Positions 16,625 to 26,394 of a stretch of DNA of 64,000 nt are shown here, piece by piece; position 1 is the first letter of the stretch; each line of letters begins with the position of its first letter. The notes beneath the pieces are model-generated. The model worked only from the letters and a program-made list of their open reading frames with translations. It ran no database searches and was not told the origin of the DNA. The stretch spans positions 140 to 64,139 of the forward strand of contig CAZBLS010000002.1 in NCBI GenBank assembly GCA_964492705.1. The letters run 5' to 3'. The translations under genes were made by a program, and so were the position numbers. The DNA comes from an uncultured Oscillospiraceae bacterium. Its GTDB lineage: Bacteria > Bacillota > Clostridia > Christensenellales > QALW01.

Positions 16625-18535
16625 TTATTTTTCTTTGCGCTTTTTTATTACGAAGAATACCGCTACTCCTCCGCCGATAACAACAACTGCCGCTACGGGG
16701 ATTATAACATAAAGTGCGTTAAAACCGCCTTTTTCTTCGGCAGAATCGGTGGGCACGGGAGTTTCGGCGGGTGCATTCGTTGCGCCTGTGGGTGCATCCG
16801 TTGCGCTTACTTCCGTCTTGCCCGACTTAAATGCGTCGATTGCCTCTTTAAGTGCTTCTATTCTCTCGGTGTTCACCTTAACGTTTCCGTTTTCATCCTT
16901 AACGGGAACGCCGTTTTCATCAACGGTCAAAGTGGGGCAAAGCCAGCCGCCCTCTTCGTGCTCGTTCCAACCGTAGGAACAAACAAGGTTGCACTTTGCG
17001 GTATCGGTATTGTTTTTAACAAATGAAAGCACGTCGGTTATCTGCTTTTTCATTTCGTCCATAGTGGGCTGGAAAGAATAGGTGTTTCCGTAGGGCTTAT
17101 CCTTATCTTCCTTGGCATTGGGGTCACCCGCTACCCAACTTACACCTGTTTCGATCCTCGCACGGGAATCTCTTCCCGTGGTAAATGCGGGAATAACGTC
17201 CATACCGACGCCCGATGCAACGGCATTTGCCTTGGTAAGAGCATCCATATTGGACGCAGCAAGTTCCGCAAAAGTCATATCCTTTTTGCTTGCGCCTACG
17301 CTGTACCAAGAAATAGCATCTACGTCTTTTTTGCCAACTTCGCTTATTTTGTTTGCCGAAGAGAACATACCCACAAGGTAAAGAGATTCGTTTATGCCTG
17401 CCTTAACGGCGGATTTACGGAGTTTTTCAATGTCCTTATCATCCCACTTATCCGCATCGTAAACGAATACAACGGGACGGTTGCTTACACGGAGATAACA
17501 GCTTTGACCCATAGCATCGAAAAGTTCGGTCATTGTTTTGCCCGAGCGAAGTTTTTCCAAGATACCGCACATTTTTACGGTATCTTTCTTTGCGCTCTGT
17601 AAATGCATTTTTCTCGGCTGACTCATTGCATCGGAAGTTTCGTACCAAAGATATGCAAAGTAGTCAAGTCCGCCCTGAACCGCATAGTCTGCTTCCTTTT
17701 CCCAGGTTTCCACCGTATACTCGGGGAACGATACCGTTCCGTCGCTTTCAACGTTGGCAAAGAACGGAGCCTGCGAATGGTATTTTGCAGGTGAAAGCAC
17801 TTTTGCAACCTGCGATGCCGGATCGGTTCCGCCTACGGTGCTCTTTGTAAAAGCATCCCAACGGATAGTGCCGATAAGAGTTTCGTCACTGCGTGTAACT
17901 TCCGTTTTTGCGGGGAGTTCAATGCCGTCATCGGGCAGTTCGATATCCGCTTCTTCGGTGGAAAGTATTACGTTGTCGATGTAAAGTTTTTCGCAACATC
18001 TTGTAAGCCCGTCAAAGCAAAGGTTCCACGCTCCCTCCGATACCGTCAGGTCATCGTCTTCCACTTCGAATTCACAGGAAAAAAGCGTCCACTCGCCTGC
18101 CGTGCCCACTTCTGTACCGAGACGGGGATAATCGTTACCGGCAGTCTGCGCCAATGACATATTCTGATTTTGCGTCCTGATGGTAACCTGCAAGGTAACG
18201 TCGGTTTCGGCATAGAACATAATGTAAAGGTAATACGTTCCCGATTCACCGTTTTTTTGAATAATGGGGCGCAAGTCAAGTGCGGGACTTGCCCAAGTTT
18301 TGCTCTTATCTTCGTTTACGGTGTATTCAAGCACCTTGCCCTCGCCGTTGGGGTTGTTTACGGTAGCGATAGTTCCGCCTGCAAAAGGCATCCACGAAGA
18401 CGTTCCCGTTTCAAAAGTCGAACTTTTTTCCGGAATGAGGTTTGTGACATTTTCTTCCGCAAATACAACTGCATTCATCATTCCGAGCAGTGTAACGCAA
18501 GATAAAATGACCGCTAAAATTTTTTTCATCATCAT
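16625..18535 (-). CDS. cell-surface protein: signal peptide, CBM-like beta-sandwich, central domain of unknown (possibly glycoside-hydrolase-like) function, Pro/Thr/Ala linker, C-terminal TM anchor
   Basis: 636 aa. N-terminal signal MMMKKILAVILSCVTLLGMMNAVVFA. NLIPEKSSFETG...WNLCFDG...LYIDNVIL resembles a CBM4/9/22-type module. The C-terminus is ...APTGATNAPAETPVPT... followed by a hydrophobic helix and KKRKEK. Confidence 0.6.
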   Translation of the reverse strand: MMMKKILAVILSCVTLLGMMNAVVFAEENVTNLIPEKSSTFETGTSSWMPFAGGTIATVNNPNGEGKVLEYTVNEDKSKTWASPALDLRPIIQKNGESGTYYLYIMFYAETDVTLQVTIRTQNQNMSLAQTAGNDYPRLGTEVGTAGEWTLFSCEFEVEDDDLTVSEGAWNLCFDGLTRCCEKLYIDNVILSTEEADIELPDDGIELPAKTEVTRSDETLIGTIRWDAFTKSTVGGTDPASQVAKVLSPAKYHSQAPFFANVESDGTVSFPEYTVETWEKEADYAVQGGLDYFAYLWYETSDAMSQPRKMHLQSAKKDTVKMCGILEKLRSGKTMTELFDAMGQSCYLRVSNRPVVFVYDADKWDDKDIEKLRKSAVKAGINESLYLVGMFSSANKISEVGKKDVDAISWYSVGASKKDMTFAELAASNMDALTKANAVASGVGMDVIPAFTTGRDSRARIETGVSWVAGDPNAKEDKDKPYGNTYSFQPTMDEMKKQITDVLSFVKNNTDTAKCNLVCSYGWNEHEEGGWLCPTLTVDENGVPVKDENGNVKVNTERIEALKEAIDAFKSGKTEVSATDAPTGATNAPAETPVPTDSAEEKGGFNALYVIIPVAAVVVIGGGVAVFFVIKKRKEK

Positions 18536-18543
18536 CTTTCCTT

Positions 18544-19251
18544 TTATTTTATTTTTTCTACAAACGGGCAGGTAATTTTCTGTCTGAAATCACTTTTTGC
18601 CCAATGAACGGCATTGGTGATTATCGTCTGTATATTTTCGTTATAGAACGTGGGAAAACTTTCGTGTCCGGGCTGGAAGTAGAAAATATGACCGTAGCCT
18701 CTCTTATAGCAACAACCGCTTCTGAAAAGTTCACCGCCTGCATACCAACCTGCAAAAACAAGTTCGTCCGGCTCGGGCACGGAGAAAGGCTCTGCGTAAA
18801 CTTCTTCTTTTTCAAGTTCGAAATATCTGCCTATGCCCTTTGCAATGGGATGTGAGGGATCTACCGTCCAAACTCTTTCAAAGTCTTCTATTCTCCAAGA
18901 AAGACTGCAAGGTGTACCCATAAGTGCACGGAATATTTTGGAATGGTGTCCGCTGTGAAGAACCACAAGACCCATACCGGACTGCACCGCCACCTTTACT
19001 CTCTCAACTATCTCATCGGGCACTTCGTCATGAGCCATATGTCCCCACCAAAGAAGTACGTCGGTATTATCGATAACCTCCTCGGTAAGTCCGCACTCGG
19101 GTTCGTCAAGCGTTGCGGTTCGGCAAACGATTTCTTCATCTCTTTCAAGGAATTCCTTTATTGCTTCGTGCATACCGTTAGGGTATATCGCCTTGATCGA
19201 TTCCTCGCTTTTTTCGTGTCTGAATTCATTCCATACTGTTACTCTTATCAT
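18544..19251 (-). CDS. ThuA-domain protein (trehalose-utilisation-like, class I glutamine amidotransferase-like fold)
   Basis: 235 aa. The N-terminus [13 protein letters not shown]...[22 protein letters not shown] is typical of ThuA. Confidence 0.75.
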   Translation of the reverse strand: MIRVTVWNEFRHEKSEESIKAIYPNGMHEAIKEFLERDEEIVCRTATLDEPECGLTEEVIDNTDVLLWWGHMAHDEVPDEIVERVKVAVQSGMGLVVLHSGHHSKIFRALMGTPCSLSWRIEDFERVWTVDPSHPIAKGIGRYFELEKEEVYAEPFSVPEPDELVFAGWYAGGELFRSGCCYKRGYGHIFYFQPGHESFPTFYNENIQTIITNAVHWAKSDFRQKITCPFVEKIK

Positions 19252-19351
19252 AATATCTGTTCCTCTCTTAAAAAAGAATTTTTCTATATTTTAAGTGCTG
19301 TATAGGTTTTTTTCAAGACAAATATTGATTTTAAACGGACAAAATTTGCCT

Positions 19352-20203
19352 TTACTCCGCTATTTTCACCGTTTCTCCCGATTTTACGGAATATGACGTA
19401 CCGTCGCACCAAAACCACACGGTAAACAGCGACGGATTGTACACCGTTCTGCCGTCGGCACTGCGGATAAGGTTCCTGTATGCCGTAACGTAGGAATATA
19501 TCTCCCCGTTGGTGGCGTACCAAATATCGTCACGGTTGCCTATTTTCTCGCAGATTGCATCAAGTCTGTCCCAATTATTCTCTCTGTCAAACTCAAAACT
19601 GTGTCCCCACAGGTAAAAGAGTTGCGCATCGTTATGGGCAATACGCCTCTCATCGTTCTTTGTGAAAAATTTTTCCGCCAAGCCGAAAATCTCGGGGTCG
19701 TTATGGTGTGCGGTGGGCGCCCAAGCAAGCCAATCCCTCGGAATCGAAAAACTTTTATCGTTTGCGGTAGTGCGTGCATAAATAATATCAAGGTCGGTGA
19801 GATACTGTTTTATGTTTGAGTATTCCGCACCGTTTGAAAACACGCCTATTCCGCTGTCGGGATACGCCATTCCCCGTACTATCAAGCCGAAACGCTCTTC
19901 AAGTTCCACTCTGCAATCAAGTACGTCACGTATGCCTTCAACCGCACGCTGTTTGCCCGATGCCTTATGGTATTTGCCGTGAACGGCTATTTCGTGCCCA
20001 CGGGAAATAAGGTCTTTTATATCATCTTCGTTAAGATTATAATCCGACTCGCCTATGCGTGCACTGCAAATATTGAAAGTGGTCTTTATGCCGTATTTTT
20101 CAACGGTTTCCGCAAGCCTCAAATCCGATTTAACTCCGTCATCGTAACTGAACGTTACCGCTTTTTCCCTGTTTTCGGGAAAGCGCAAAAAAGTATATCT
20201 CAT
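19352..20203 (-). CDS. polysaccharide deacetylase (NodB homology domain, CE4)
   Basis: 283 aa. SYDDG (motif 1) and HEIAVHGKYH (motif 2). Confidence 0.8.
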   Translation of the reverse strand: MRYTFLRFPENREKAVTFSYDDGVKSDLRLAETVEKYGIKTTFNICSARIGESDYNLNEDDIKDLISRGHEIAVHGKYHKASGKQRAVEGIRDVLDCRVELEERFGLIVRGMAYPDSGIGVFSNGAEYSNIKQYLTDLDIIYARTTANDKSFSIPRDWLAWAPTAHHNDPEIFGLAEKFFTKNDERRIAHNDAQLFYLWGHSFEFDRENNWDRLDAICEKIGNRDDIWYATNGEIYSYVTAYRNLIRSADGRTVYNPSLFTVWFWCDGTSYSVKSGETVKIAE

Positions 20204-20215
20204 TTTATCTCTCCT

Positions 20216-21655
20216 CTACTCGGTAAGTTCTTTGTACAGCGCTTCGTACTTCTTTGCCGAAGCACTCCACGAAAAATCTTCTTTCATTGCACGTATACAT
20301 GTCTTATTCCAACTGTCCCTGCGGTTAAAATATATTTCCTCGGCATATTCCGTTACCGAAAGCATTTCGTGTGCATTATAGTTTGCAAAGGAAAAACCCG
20401 TACCGCTTTCTTCAAACCCGTTATACGGCACTACCGTATCTTTAAGCCCACCCGTTTCACGTACAATGGGAAGCGTACCGTATTTTAAGGCAATAAGTTG
20501 CGAAAGTCCGCAAGGCTCAAACTTGGACGGCATTAAAAACGCATCGCACCCTGCATATATTCTGTGGGCAAGTTCTTCGGAATAGAAAATATTTGCGCTT
20601 ACCCTTTGCGGGTACTTTGACTGCGCACGGGTAAACATATCTTCAAAGCGCTTTTCTCCCGTACCCAAAACAATAAGTTGCACGTTTTCCTTTTTCAGCA
20701 TATCATCCAAAACGCACTCTATCAAATCAAGACCCTTTTGTTCCGTCAGCCTTGAAACTATTCCCACAAGAAATGCATTTTCATCCTGTTTTAGTTCCGA
20801 CATCTTTTGCAAATACGCTTTATTTGCCCGTTTTCCCTCTTTAAAATCTTCTTCCGAATACTTTTTTTGCAGTATCGTGTCGTTTTCGGGAGAGAAAATA
20901 TTATAATCTATACCGTTTACTATACCGGTGAGGGCATTGCTCCTTGCGCGCAAAAGTCCGTCAAGTCCCTCGCCGTAATAGGGCGTCTTTATTTCTTCGC
21001 CGTAACTTTCGGAAACGGTATTTATCCTGTCGGCATAAACAAGACCGCCTTTAAGCAGATTCACTCCGCCGTAGGCTTCCAATTTATCGCTTGTAAAATA
21101 AGATCCGTCAAGACCTAAAATATCATCCAAGATCTCTTTTCCCCAAATGCCTTGGAATTTAAGGTTATGTACCGTAAGTACGGTTTTAATATCTTTATAG
21201 AAAAGATTACCCTTGAAATGGGATTTGAGAAACACGGGGATAAGTGCGCTTTGCCAATCGTTGCAGTGTATTATATCGGGTTTCCAACCTAAAATCGGCA
21301 AAAACGAAAGAACCGCTCGGCAGAAAAACGTAAATTTTTCAATATCCCAAAGAGTATCTCCGTAAGGGGTATTCCCTGAAAAATAATATTCGTTATCCAC
21401 AAAATAGAAAGTCACGCCGTCCTTTACCGTTTCGAAAATTCCCGTATACTGCTTTCTCCACGAAACGTCGGTATAAAAATGCGTTTTATATTCAAGTCCG
21501 TCTTTTTCTTTCATACAGGCGTATTTTGGCAATATTACCCGTACGTCGTATTTTTCCCTGTCGGTATACTTGGGCAACGTTCCCGCAACGTCCGCAAGAC
21601 CGCCCGTCTTTACAAAAGGCACCGCCTCCGAAGCAACGAAAAGCACGTTCTTCAT
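20216..21655 (-). CDS. glgA: glycogen synthase (ADP-glucose type)
   Basis: ORF 20216-21724. The true start is MKNVLFVASEAVPFVKTGGLADV at 21655, behind AAAGGAG. Contains the KTGGL motif. PSKFEPCGLSQL and RETGGLKDTV in the C-terminal half. Confidence 0.92.
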   Translation of the reverse strand: MKNVLFVASEAVPFVKTGGLADVAGTLPKYTDREKYDVRVILPKYACMKEKDGLEYKTHFYTDVSWRKQYTGIFETVKDGVTFYFVDNEYYFSGNTPYGDTLWDIEKFTFFCRAVLSFLPILGWKPDIIHCNDWQSALIPVFLKSHFKGNLFYKDIKTVLTVHNLKFQGIWGKEILDDILGLDGSYFTSDKLEAYGGVNLLKGGLVYADRINTVSESYGEEIKTPYYGEGLDGLLRARSNALTGIVNGIDYNIFSPENDTILQKKYSEEDFKEGKRANKAYLQKMSELKQDENAFLVGIVSRLTEQKGLDLIECVLDDMLKKENVQLIVLGTGEKRFEDMFTRAQSKYPQRVSANIFYSEELAHRIYAGCDAFLMPSKFEPCGLSQLIALKYGTLPIVRETGGLKDTVVPYNGFEESGTGFSFANYNAHEMLSVTEYAEEIYFNRRDSWNKTCIRAMKEDFSWSASAKKYEALYKELTE

Positions 21656-21742
21656 AAAATTCTCCTTTATTTTACATGATTTTTCTATTATTTGTATGGC
21701 ATAAATAAACTGATTTTTGTCCAAAATAAACTTTTTGACGTT

Positions 21743-22387
21743 TCATCCGTTAAGTATTCTGTTTTCAAGTTCTTTTGCATCCGAAACAAATATTTTTCCG
21801 CCGTTTTTTATAAGAAAATCTTTATCCCTAAACCCCCACGTTACCGAAATACAGTCTACGTTGCCGTTTTTTGCCGTTTGAATATCCACGTCCGAATCGC
21901 CTATATACACCGCATTTTTCCCTTTAAGCGTTTTTACCGCCTTTATAAGTGAATCCGGTGCCGGTTTTTTGCGCACATTTTCGCTTTCGCCTATGGCGAT
22001 ATCTATGAGTCCTCCGAAGTACTTTGCGGTAAGTTTTTTCGTTGCACCGTCAAACTTATTGGAAACCACCGCAAGTTTTATTCCCCTTTCCTTTAAGTTA
22101 ACAAGCATTTCCCCGATTCCCTCATAAGGCAAAGTGTTGTCCTCTCCGTGCAGAGAATAGTCTTTCTTAAACACTTCCAGTGCTTCGTTTAGCAGTTCCT
22201 CGTGTTCTTCCCCCAAACTGCGTTTAACAAGCATCTCAACGCCGTTGCCCACAAAGAGCCTTATCTCATCCTCACTCCTTTCGGGCAGGGAATACTTTTT
22301 AAGCGTTCTGTTTACCGAAAGATACAGATCCTTTAACGTGTTAAGTAACGTGCCGTCAAGGTCAAAAACAGCGCAGTCATACTTCAT
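21743..22387 (-). CDS. HAD-superfamily hydrolase (phosphoglycolate phosphatase-like)
   Basis: 214 aa. DLDGTL motif I, VSNK motif II, GDSDVD motif IV. Confidence 0.85.
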   Translation of the reverse strand: MKYDCAVFDLDGTLLNTLKDLYLSVNRTLKKYSLPERSEDEIRLFVGNGVEMLVKRSLGEEHEELLNEALEVFKKDYSLHGEDNTLPYEGIGEMLVNLKERGIKLAVVSNKFDGATKKLTAKYFGGLIDIAIGESENVRKKPAPDSLIKAVKTLKGKNAVYIGDSDVDIQTAKNGNVDCISVTWGFRDKDFLIKNGGKIFVSDAKELENRILNG

Positions 22388-22510
22388 ATATTTCTTTTAT
22401 TTCTCCTGAAATTTTTCCTCAAATTATTATCATTTATTATATTATACTCCCCTATTCCGTTTTGCGCAAGTTGACATTTTAAAAACGGTAATATATAATA
22501 TTTCCCCGAG

Positions 22511-23134
22511 GTGATACCTATTAAAGAAATTTATCTTGTTTTTTCGTCAACGCCCTATAAAATGGGTAAATTTATACGTTTTTTCACAAAGGAAAAATAC
22601 AATCACGTTTCCTTTTCCTTTGACGCAAATCTTTCATCCGCCTACACTTTCGCACGGAAACATATAAATACGCCCTTTTACGGTGGTCTCGTGTGCGATT
22701 CACCCGAGCGGTACCGCCACAACGGCAAAAAAGCGGATATCGACCTTTGCAGGATTGAAATCGGGGACAGTGCTTACACTGCGGTGAGAAATGCCGTTGA
22801 TGAAGCCTATGCGGAAAAAGACGAATACGTATACAATTTTTACTCCGCACTCTCCGCACCGAAAAAGAAAAAAATTTCGGTAAAAAATGCTTTTACCTGT
22901 GTGGAATTTGCCGTTTACTTGCTTTCCCTTTGCAATGTGGGAATAGATACCGATACTTTTTATTCCGTGGACAGTTTAAAACGCATTTTCAAAGCAAACT
23001 CCGTTTACTCGGGCAAGGAAAATTTCCCCGAAACGCCCGACGATACTTTCGGCAAAAAGATAAATTTTTTCCTTGGTCTGCGTTTAACGTACAAGAACCT
23101 GCACACACTTTATTTAAGGAGACATCATAGATGA
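22511..23134 (+). CDS. hypothetical protein, possibly a circularly permuted NlpC/P60 (LRAT/YaeF-like) thiol hydrolase
   Basis: 207 aa. His-containing KYNHVSFSF precedes Cys-containing NAFTCVEFAV, the His-before-Cys order seen in permuted papain-like folds. ATGA overlap with the kinase gene. Domain call is tentative. Confidence 0.5.
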   Translation: MIPIKEIYLVFSSTPYKMGKFIRFFTKEKYNHVSFSFDANLSSAYTFARKHINTPFYGGLVCDSPERYRHNGKKADIDLCRIEIGDSAYTAVRNAVDEAYAEKDEYVYNFYSALSAPKKKKISVKNAFTCVEFAVYLLSLCNVGIDTDTFYSVDSLKRIFKANSVYSGKENFPETPDDTFGKKINFFLGLRLTYKNLHTLYLRRHHR

Positions 23135-24417
23135 AAAAGCGCATATACACACTGTGTTTTCTGCTGACGTTTGTATCCTGTATTATTGTCTTTTTGCCTT
23201 TTTTATTTTGCGATACGGTTTATGCCCTTTGTATTTCGCCTTTTCTTGCGGTAATACTTGCCCTTGTTTCGGGCAAGATATGTGCCTCCGCAAGTTTGAA
23301 AAGACTTGAAAGCACCGATCCCGACGAAGTTGACGACGATGACTGTGACGGGGAACTTAAACCGTTTTTCCGCAAAATAATCCGTCAAAACGGACTTATA
23401 AACAGCCAAATGTACGAACTTAAACGTCGTATGCAGGAATTTAACGCCATAACGGAAAATATGGCAGAGGGACTTGTGGTTGCCGACAGCAACGGCAAAT
23501 TGCTTATTGTAAATTCCCACGCAAAAAATATACTGTCCGCATCTTCAAACTCGGTATTCGAACTTTCCGAAAACGGCACTTTCCTTTCGGCTGTAAAAAA
23601 TGCGCTTTCGGGAAAAAGCCAAGCCAATTACTTTGACCTGAACGGTAGAATCTACCGCATATATGCCGATCCGCTTAAAAACGAAAACAAACTTACCGGT
23701 TGCGTTATTCTCCTTGCTGATATTACCGAGCAGGAAGAAAGGGAAACTATGCGCAGAGAATTTACTTCAAACGTTTCCCACGAACTGAAAACTCCCCTTA
23801 CTTCCATTTACGGAATTTCCGAGATCCTTGCGGGCGGTATAGTGCGCACGGAGGATATCCCCCGTTTTGCAAAGAGCATTCACGACGAAACGGGCAGAAT
23901 GATAACGCTTGTAAACGATATTATAAAACTTTCACAATTGGACGAAAACTCCATTGAAGAGGTGCGCAGTTTAGTAGACCTTAAAGCCATATGCGAAAAA
24001 GTCGTTATGCGCCTTACTCCCGTTGCCGAGCAAAAAAACATTTCTCTTTCCGTTACGGGCAATTGCGGTAACGTTATGGGAATAAGCGGTATAATAGAGG
24101 AAATGATATACAATCTTACCGATAACGGCATAAAATACAATTCCGACGGCGGATTTGTCAAAATCAGCCTGTCCTCCGATGAAAGCGGCGAAAAGATCTC
24201 CGTAACCGACAACGGTATAGGCATCGCCCCTCAGCACGTGCCGAGAATTTTCGAGCGGTTTTATCGGGTGGACAAGAGCCATTCCAAACAGGTGGGCGGA
24301 ACGGGTCTCGGTCTTTCCATAGTAAAGCACGGAGCGAATTTCCATAAAGCGAAGATCGATGTAAAAAGCACTGTAGACAAAGGCAGTGAAATCTCCCTTA
24401 TTTTTCAAAAGATTTAA
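23131..24417 (+). CDS. sensor histidine kinase (2 TM, PAS-like, HisKA, HATPase_c); PhoR-like
   Basis: 428 aa. H-box FTSNVSHELKTPLTSIYG, N-box LTDNGIKYN, G-boxes DNGIGI and GTGLGLSIV. Confidence 0.88.
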   Translation: MKKRIYTLCFLLTFVSCIIVFLPFLFCDTVYALCISPFLAVILALVSGKICASASLKRLESTDPDEVDDDDCDGELKPFFRKIIRQNGLINSQMYELKRRMQEFNAITENMAEGLVVADSNGKLLIVNSHAKNILSASSNSVFELSENGTFLSAVKNALSGKSQANYFDLNGRIYRIYADPLKNENKLTGCVILLADITEQEERETMRREFTSNVSHELKTPLTSIYGISEILAGGIVRTEDIPRFAKSIHDETGRMITLVNDIIKLSQLDENSIEEVRSLVDLKAICEKVVMRLTPVAEQKNISLSVTGNCGNVMGISGIIEEMIYNLTDNGIKYNSDGGFVKISLSSDESGEKISVTDNGIGIAPQHVPRIFERFYRVDKSHSKQVGGTGLGLSIVKHGANFHKAKIDVKSTVDKGSEISLIFQKI

Positions 24418-24503
24418 CTTAGATTTAACATAGACCGCAGTACAGATTTAACTTTTGCGGTCTATACTTATGCCGATAAAATTATGCAAAACGGAGAAAA
24501 GCA

Positions 24504-26261
24504 ATGGATATTAAGGACGTATTATCCCTCGTAGGCGGACTTGCCCTGTTCCTCTACGGTATGACACTTATGGGCGAAGGACTTGAAAAACGTGCCGGAA
24601 ACAAATTAAAACAGTTTTTGAGCAATGCAACTTCAAGTACGTTTAAAGGATTTCTGTTAGGTCTCGGTGTTACTCTGCTTATTCAGTCATCTTCCGCCAC
24701 CACGGTTATGGTAGTCGGTTTTGTAAACTCGGGGCTTATGACTCTTTCCCAATCTATCGGCGTTATTATGGGCGCAAACTTGGGCACGAGCGTTACCGCT
24801 TGGATACTTTCACTGCAAGGCTTGCAGGGCAACGGTATACTCCAACTTTTCAAACCCTCCACTTTCGTACCGATAGTAGCGCTTATCGGCGTTATCTTAT
24901 ACGCTTTCCAAAAGAACGCAAAGCGTAAAGATACGGGGCTTATCCTTGTGGGATTTGCCGTACTTATGTTCGGTATGGATATGATGTCATCTGCCGTTTC
25001 GGGACTTAAAAACGTGCCTGCATTTACTCAACTGCTTACGCTCTTTTCAAACCCCGTCCTCGGTGTACTTGTAGGAACGGCATTTACCGCAATAATACAG
25101 TCTTCCTCTGCATCGGTAGGTGTTTTGCAGGCTTTGACCGCCACGGGAACAGTACCTTTTTCAACGGTTATACCCGTTGTTATGGGTCAGAATATCGGTA
25201 CCTGCGTCAGCGCAATGATATCCTCCGTGGGAACAGGCAAAAACGCACGCCGTGCCGCCGTTATCCATCTTTCCTTTAATATAATCGCAACGCTTATAAT
25301 TCTGCCCCTGTTCTATCTTGTGAACTCATTTGTCGATTTTGCGTTTATGAATATGTATGCAACACCGTTGGGCGTGGCAATCGTACACACTGCATTTAAA
25401 ATAATCGCTTTGGCAATTCTTATGCCGTGCAGTAACTTGCTTGAAACACTCGCAAAATTCATCGTAAGAGATTCAAAGGACGCCAAAACAGAACTTTTGG
25501 ACGAGCGTTTGCTTTCCGTACCCTCTGTTGCCATCGAACGTTGCCGTTCGGTCGCATCTTCAATGGCGGACAAGGCTGTAAGTTCCATATACTCCGCATT
25601 TGATCTTTTTGACGGCTATAACGAAAAGCAGGCGGATAAGATAAGAAGCGAAGAGGGCGAAGTTGACGTTTACGAAGATAAATTGGGTTCTTATCTTGTA
25701 AAACTTTCCGCTCACAATATGACCGAGAGCGACAGTGCGGAGGAAAACAAACTGCTCCACGTTATCTCCGATTTCGAGCGCATAAGTGACCACGCAGTTA
25801 ATATAGTTGACTCCGTTGAGGAAATTCACGACAAGAACCTTGAATTCTCAGGTGAAGCCAAACGCGAACTTAACGTTATGATGGGAGCAATAAGAGAGAT
25901 ACTATCCCTTTCCCTTAAATCCTTTAAGGACAACGACCTTAACAGCGCAGTTATGGTAGAACCTTTGGAGCAGGTAGTAGACAATTTGCGTGACACACTA
26001 AAAAAACGCCATATACAGCGCTTGCGCAAGCAGGAATGTACTATTGAACTCGGATTTGTTCTCACCGACCTTTTAACCAATATGGAACGCATAAGCGACC
26101 ACTGCTCAAATATCGCAGGATGCGTACTTGAAATTTCTCACGAAGATATGGACGTACACGAGTATTTGAAAAAAGTTAAAGGCGGAGAAATCAAGGAATA
26201 CAACGATTACTACGACTACTTTAAAGTTAAATATGACCTTGCTCCCACGGATGCGGAATGA
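24504..26261 (+). CDS. Na+/phosphate cotransporter family protein with C-terminal PhoU-like repeats
   Basis: 585 aa. Duplicated QSSSATT / QSSSASV motifs of the Na/Pi cotransporter II-related family. The C-terminus has two ERISDH PhoU-type motifs. Confidence 0.88.
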   Translation: MDIKDVLSLVGGLALFLYGMTLMGEGLEKRAGNKLKQFLSNATSSTFKGFLLGLGVTLLIQSSSATTVMVVGFVNSGLMTLSQSIGVIMGANLGTSVTAWILSLQGLQGNGILQLFKPSTFVPIVALIGVILYAFQKNAKRKDTGLILVGFAVLMFGMDMMSSAVSGLKNVPAFTQLLTLFSNPVLGVLVGTAFTAIIQSSSASVGVLQALTATGTVPFSTVIPVVMGQNIGTCVSAMISSVGTGKNARRAAVIHLSFNIIATLIILPLFYLVNSFVDFAFMNMYATPLGVAIVHTAFKIIALAILMPCSNLLETLAKFIVRDSKDAKTELLDERLLSVPSVAIERCRSVASSMADKAVSSIYSAFDLFDGYNEKQADKIRSEEGEVDVYEDKLGSYLVKLSAHNMTESDSAEENKLLHVISDFERISDHAVNIVDSVEEIHDKNLEFSGEAKRELNVMMGAIREILSLSLKSFKDNDLNSAVMVEPLEQVVDNLRDTLKKRHIQRLRKQECTIELGFVLTDLLTNMERISDHCSNIAGCVLEISHEDMDVHEYLKKVKGGEIKEYNDYYDYFKVKYDLAPTDAE

Positions 26262-26273
26262 TTGATTTTTCAT

Positions 26274-26300
26274 GGCGGAAACTTCTCCGCCTTTTTTCTT
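26274..26300 (+). terminator. intrinsic terminator
   Basis: GGCGGA-aacttc-TCCGCC followed by TTTTTT. Confidence 0.8.
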
Positions 26301-26394
26301 TTTTTGACAAATTGTACTTGATATAAAATACTTTATATGTTAAAATAATCGGCGTCCTCTTAAGGAAAATTATATTTTTTAAGGAGTTTTTGCT

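Noticed and set aside
26262-26394. Looked for a purine (guanine/adenine) riboswitch upstream of the NCS2 purine permease.
   Set aside because: The 133-nt gap holds only the terminator of the previous gene and an AT-rich promoter-like stretch. There is no three-way-junction aptamer motif and too little room for an aptamer plus platform.
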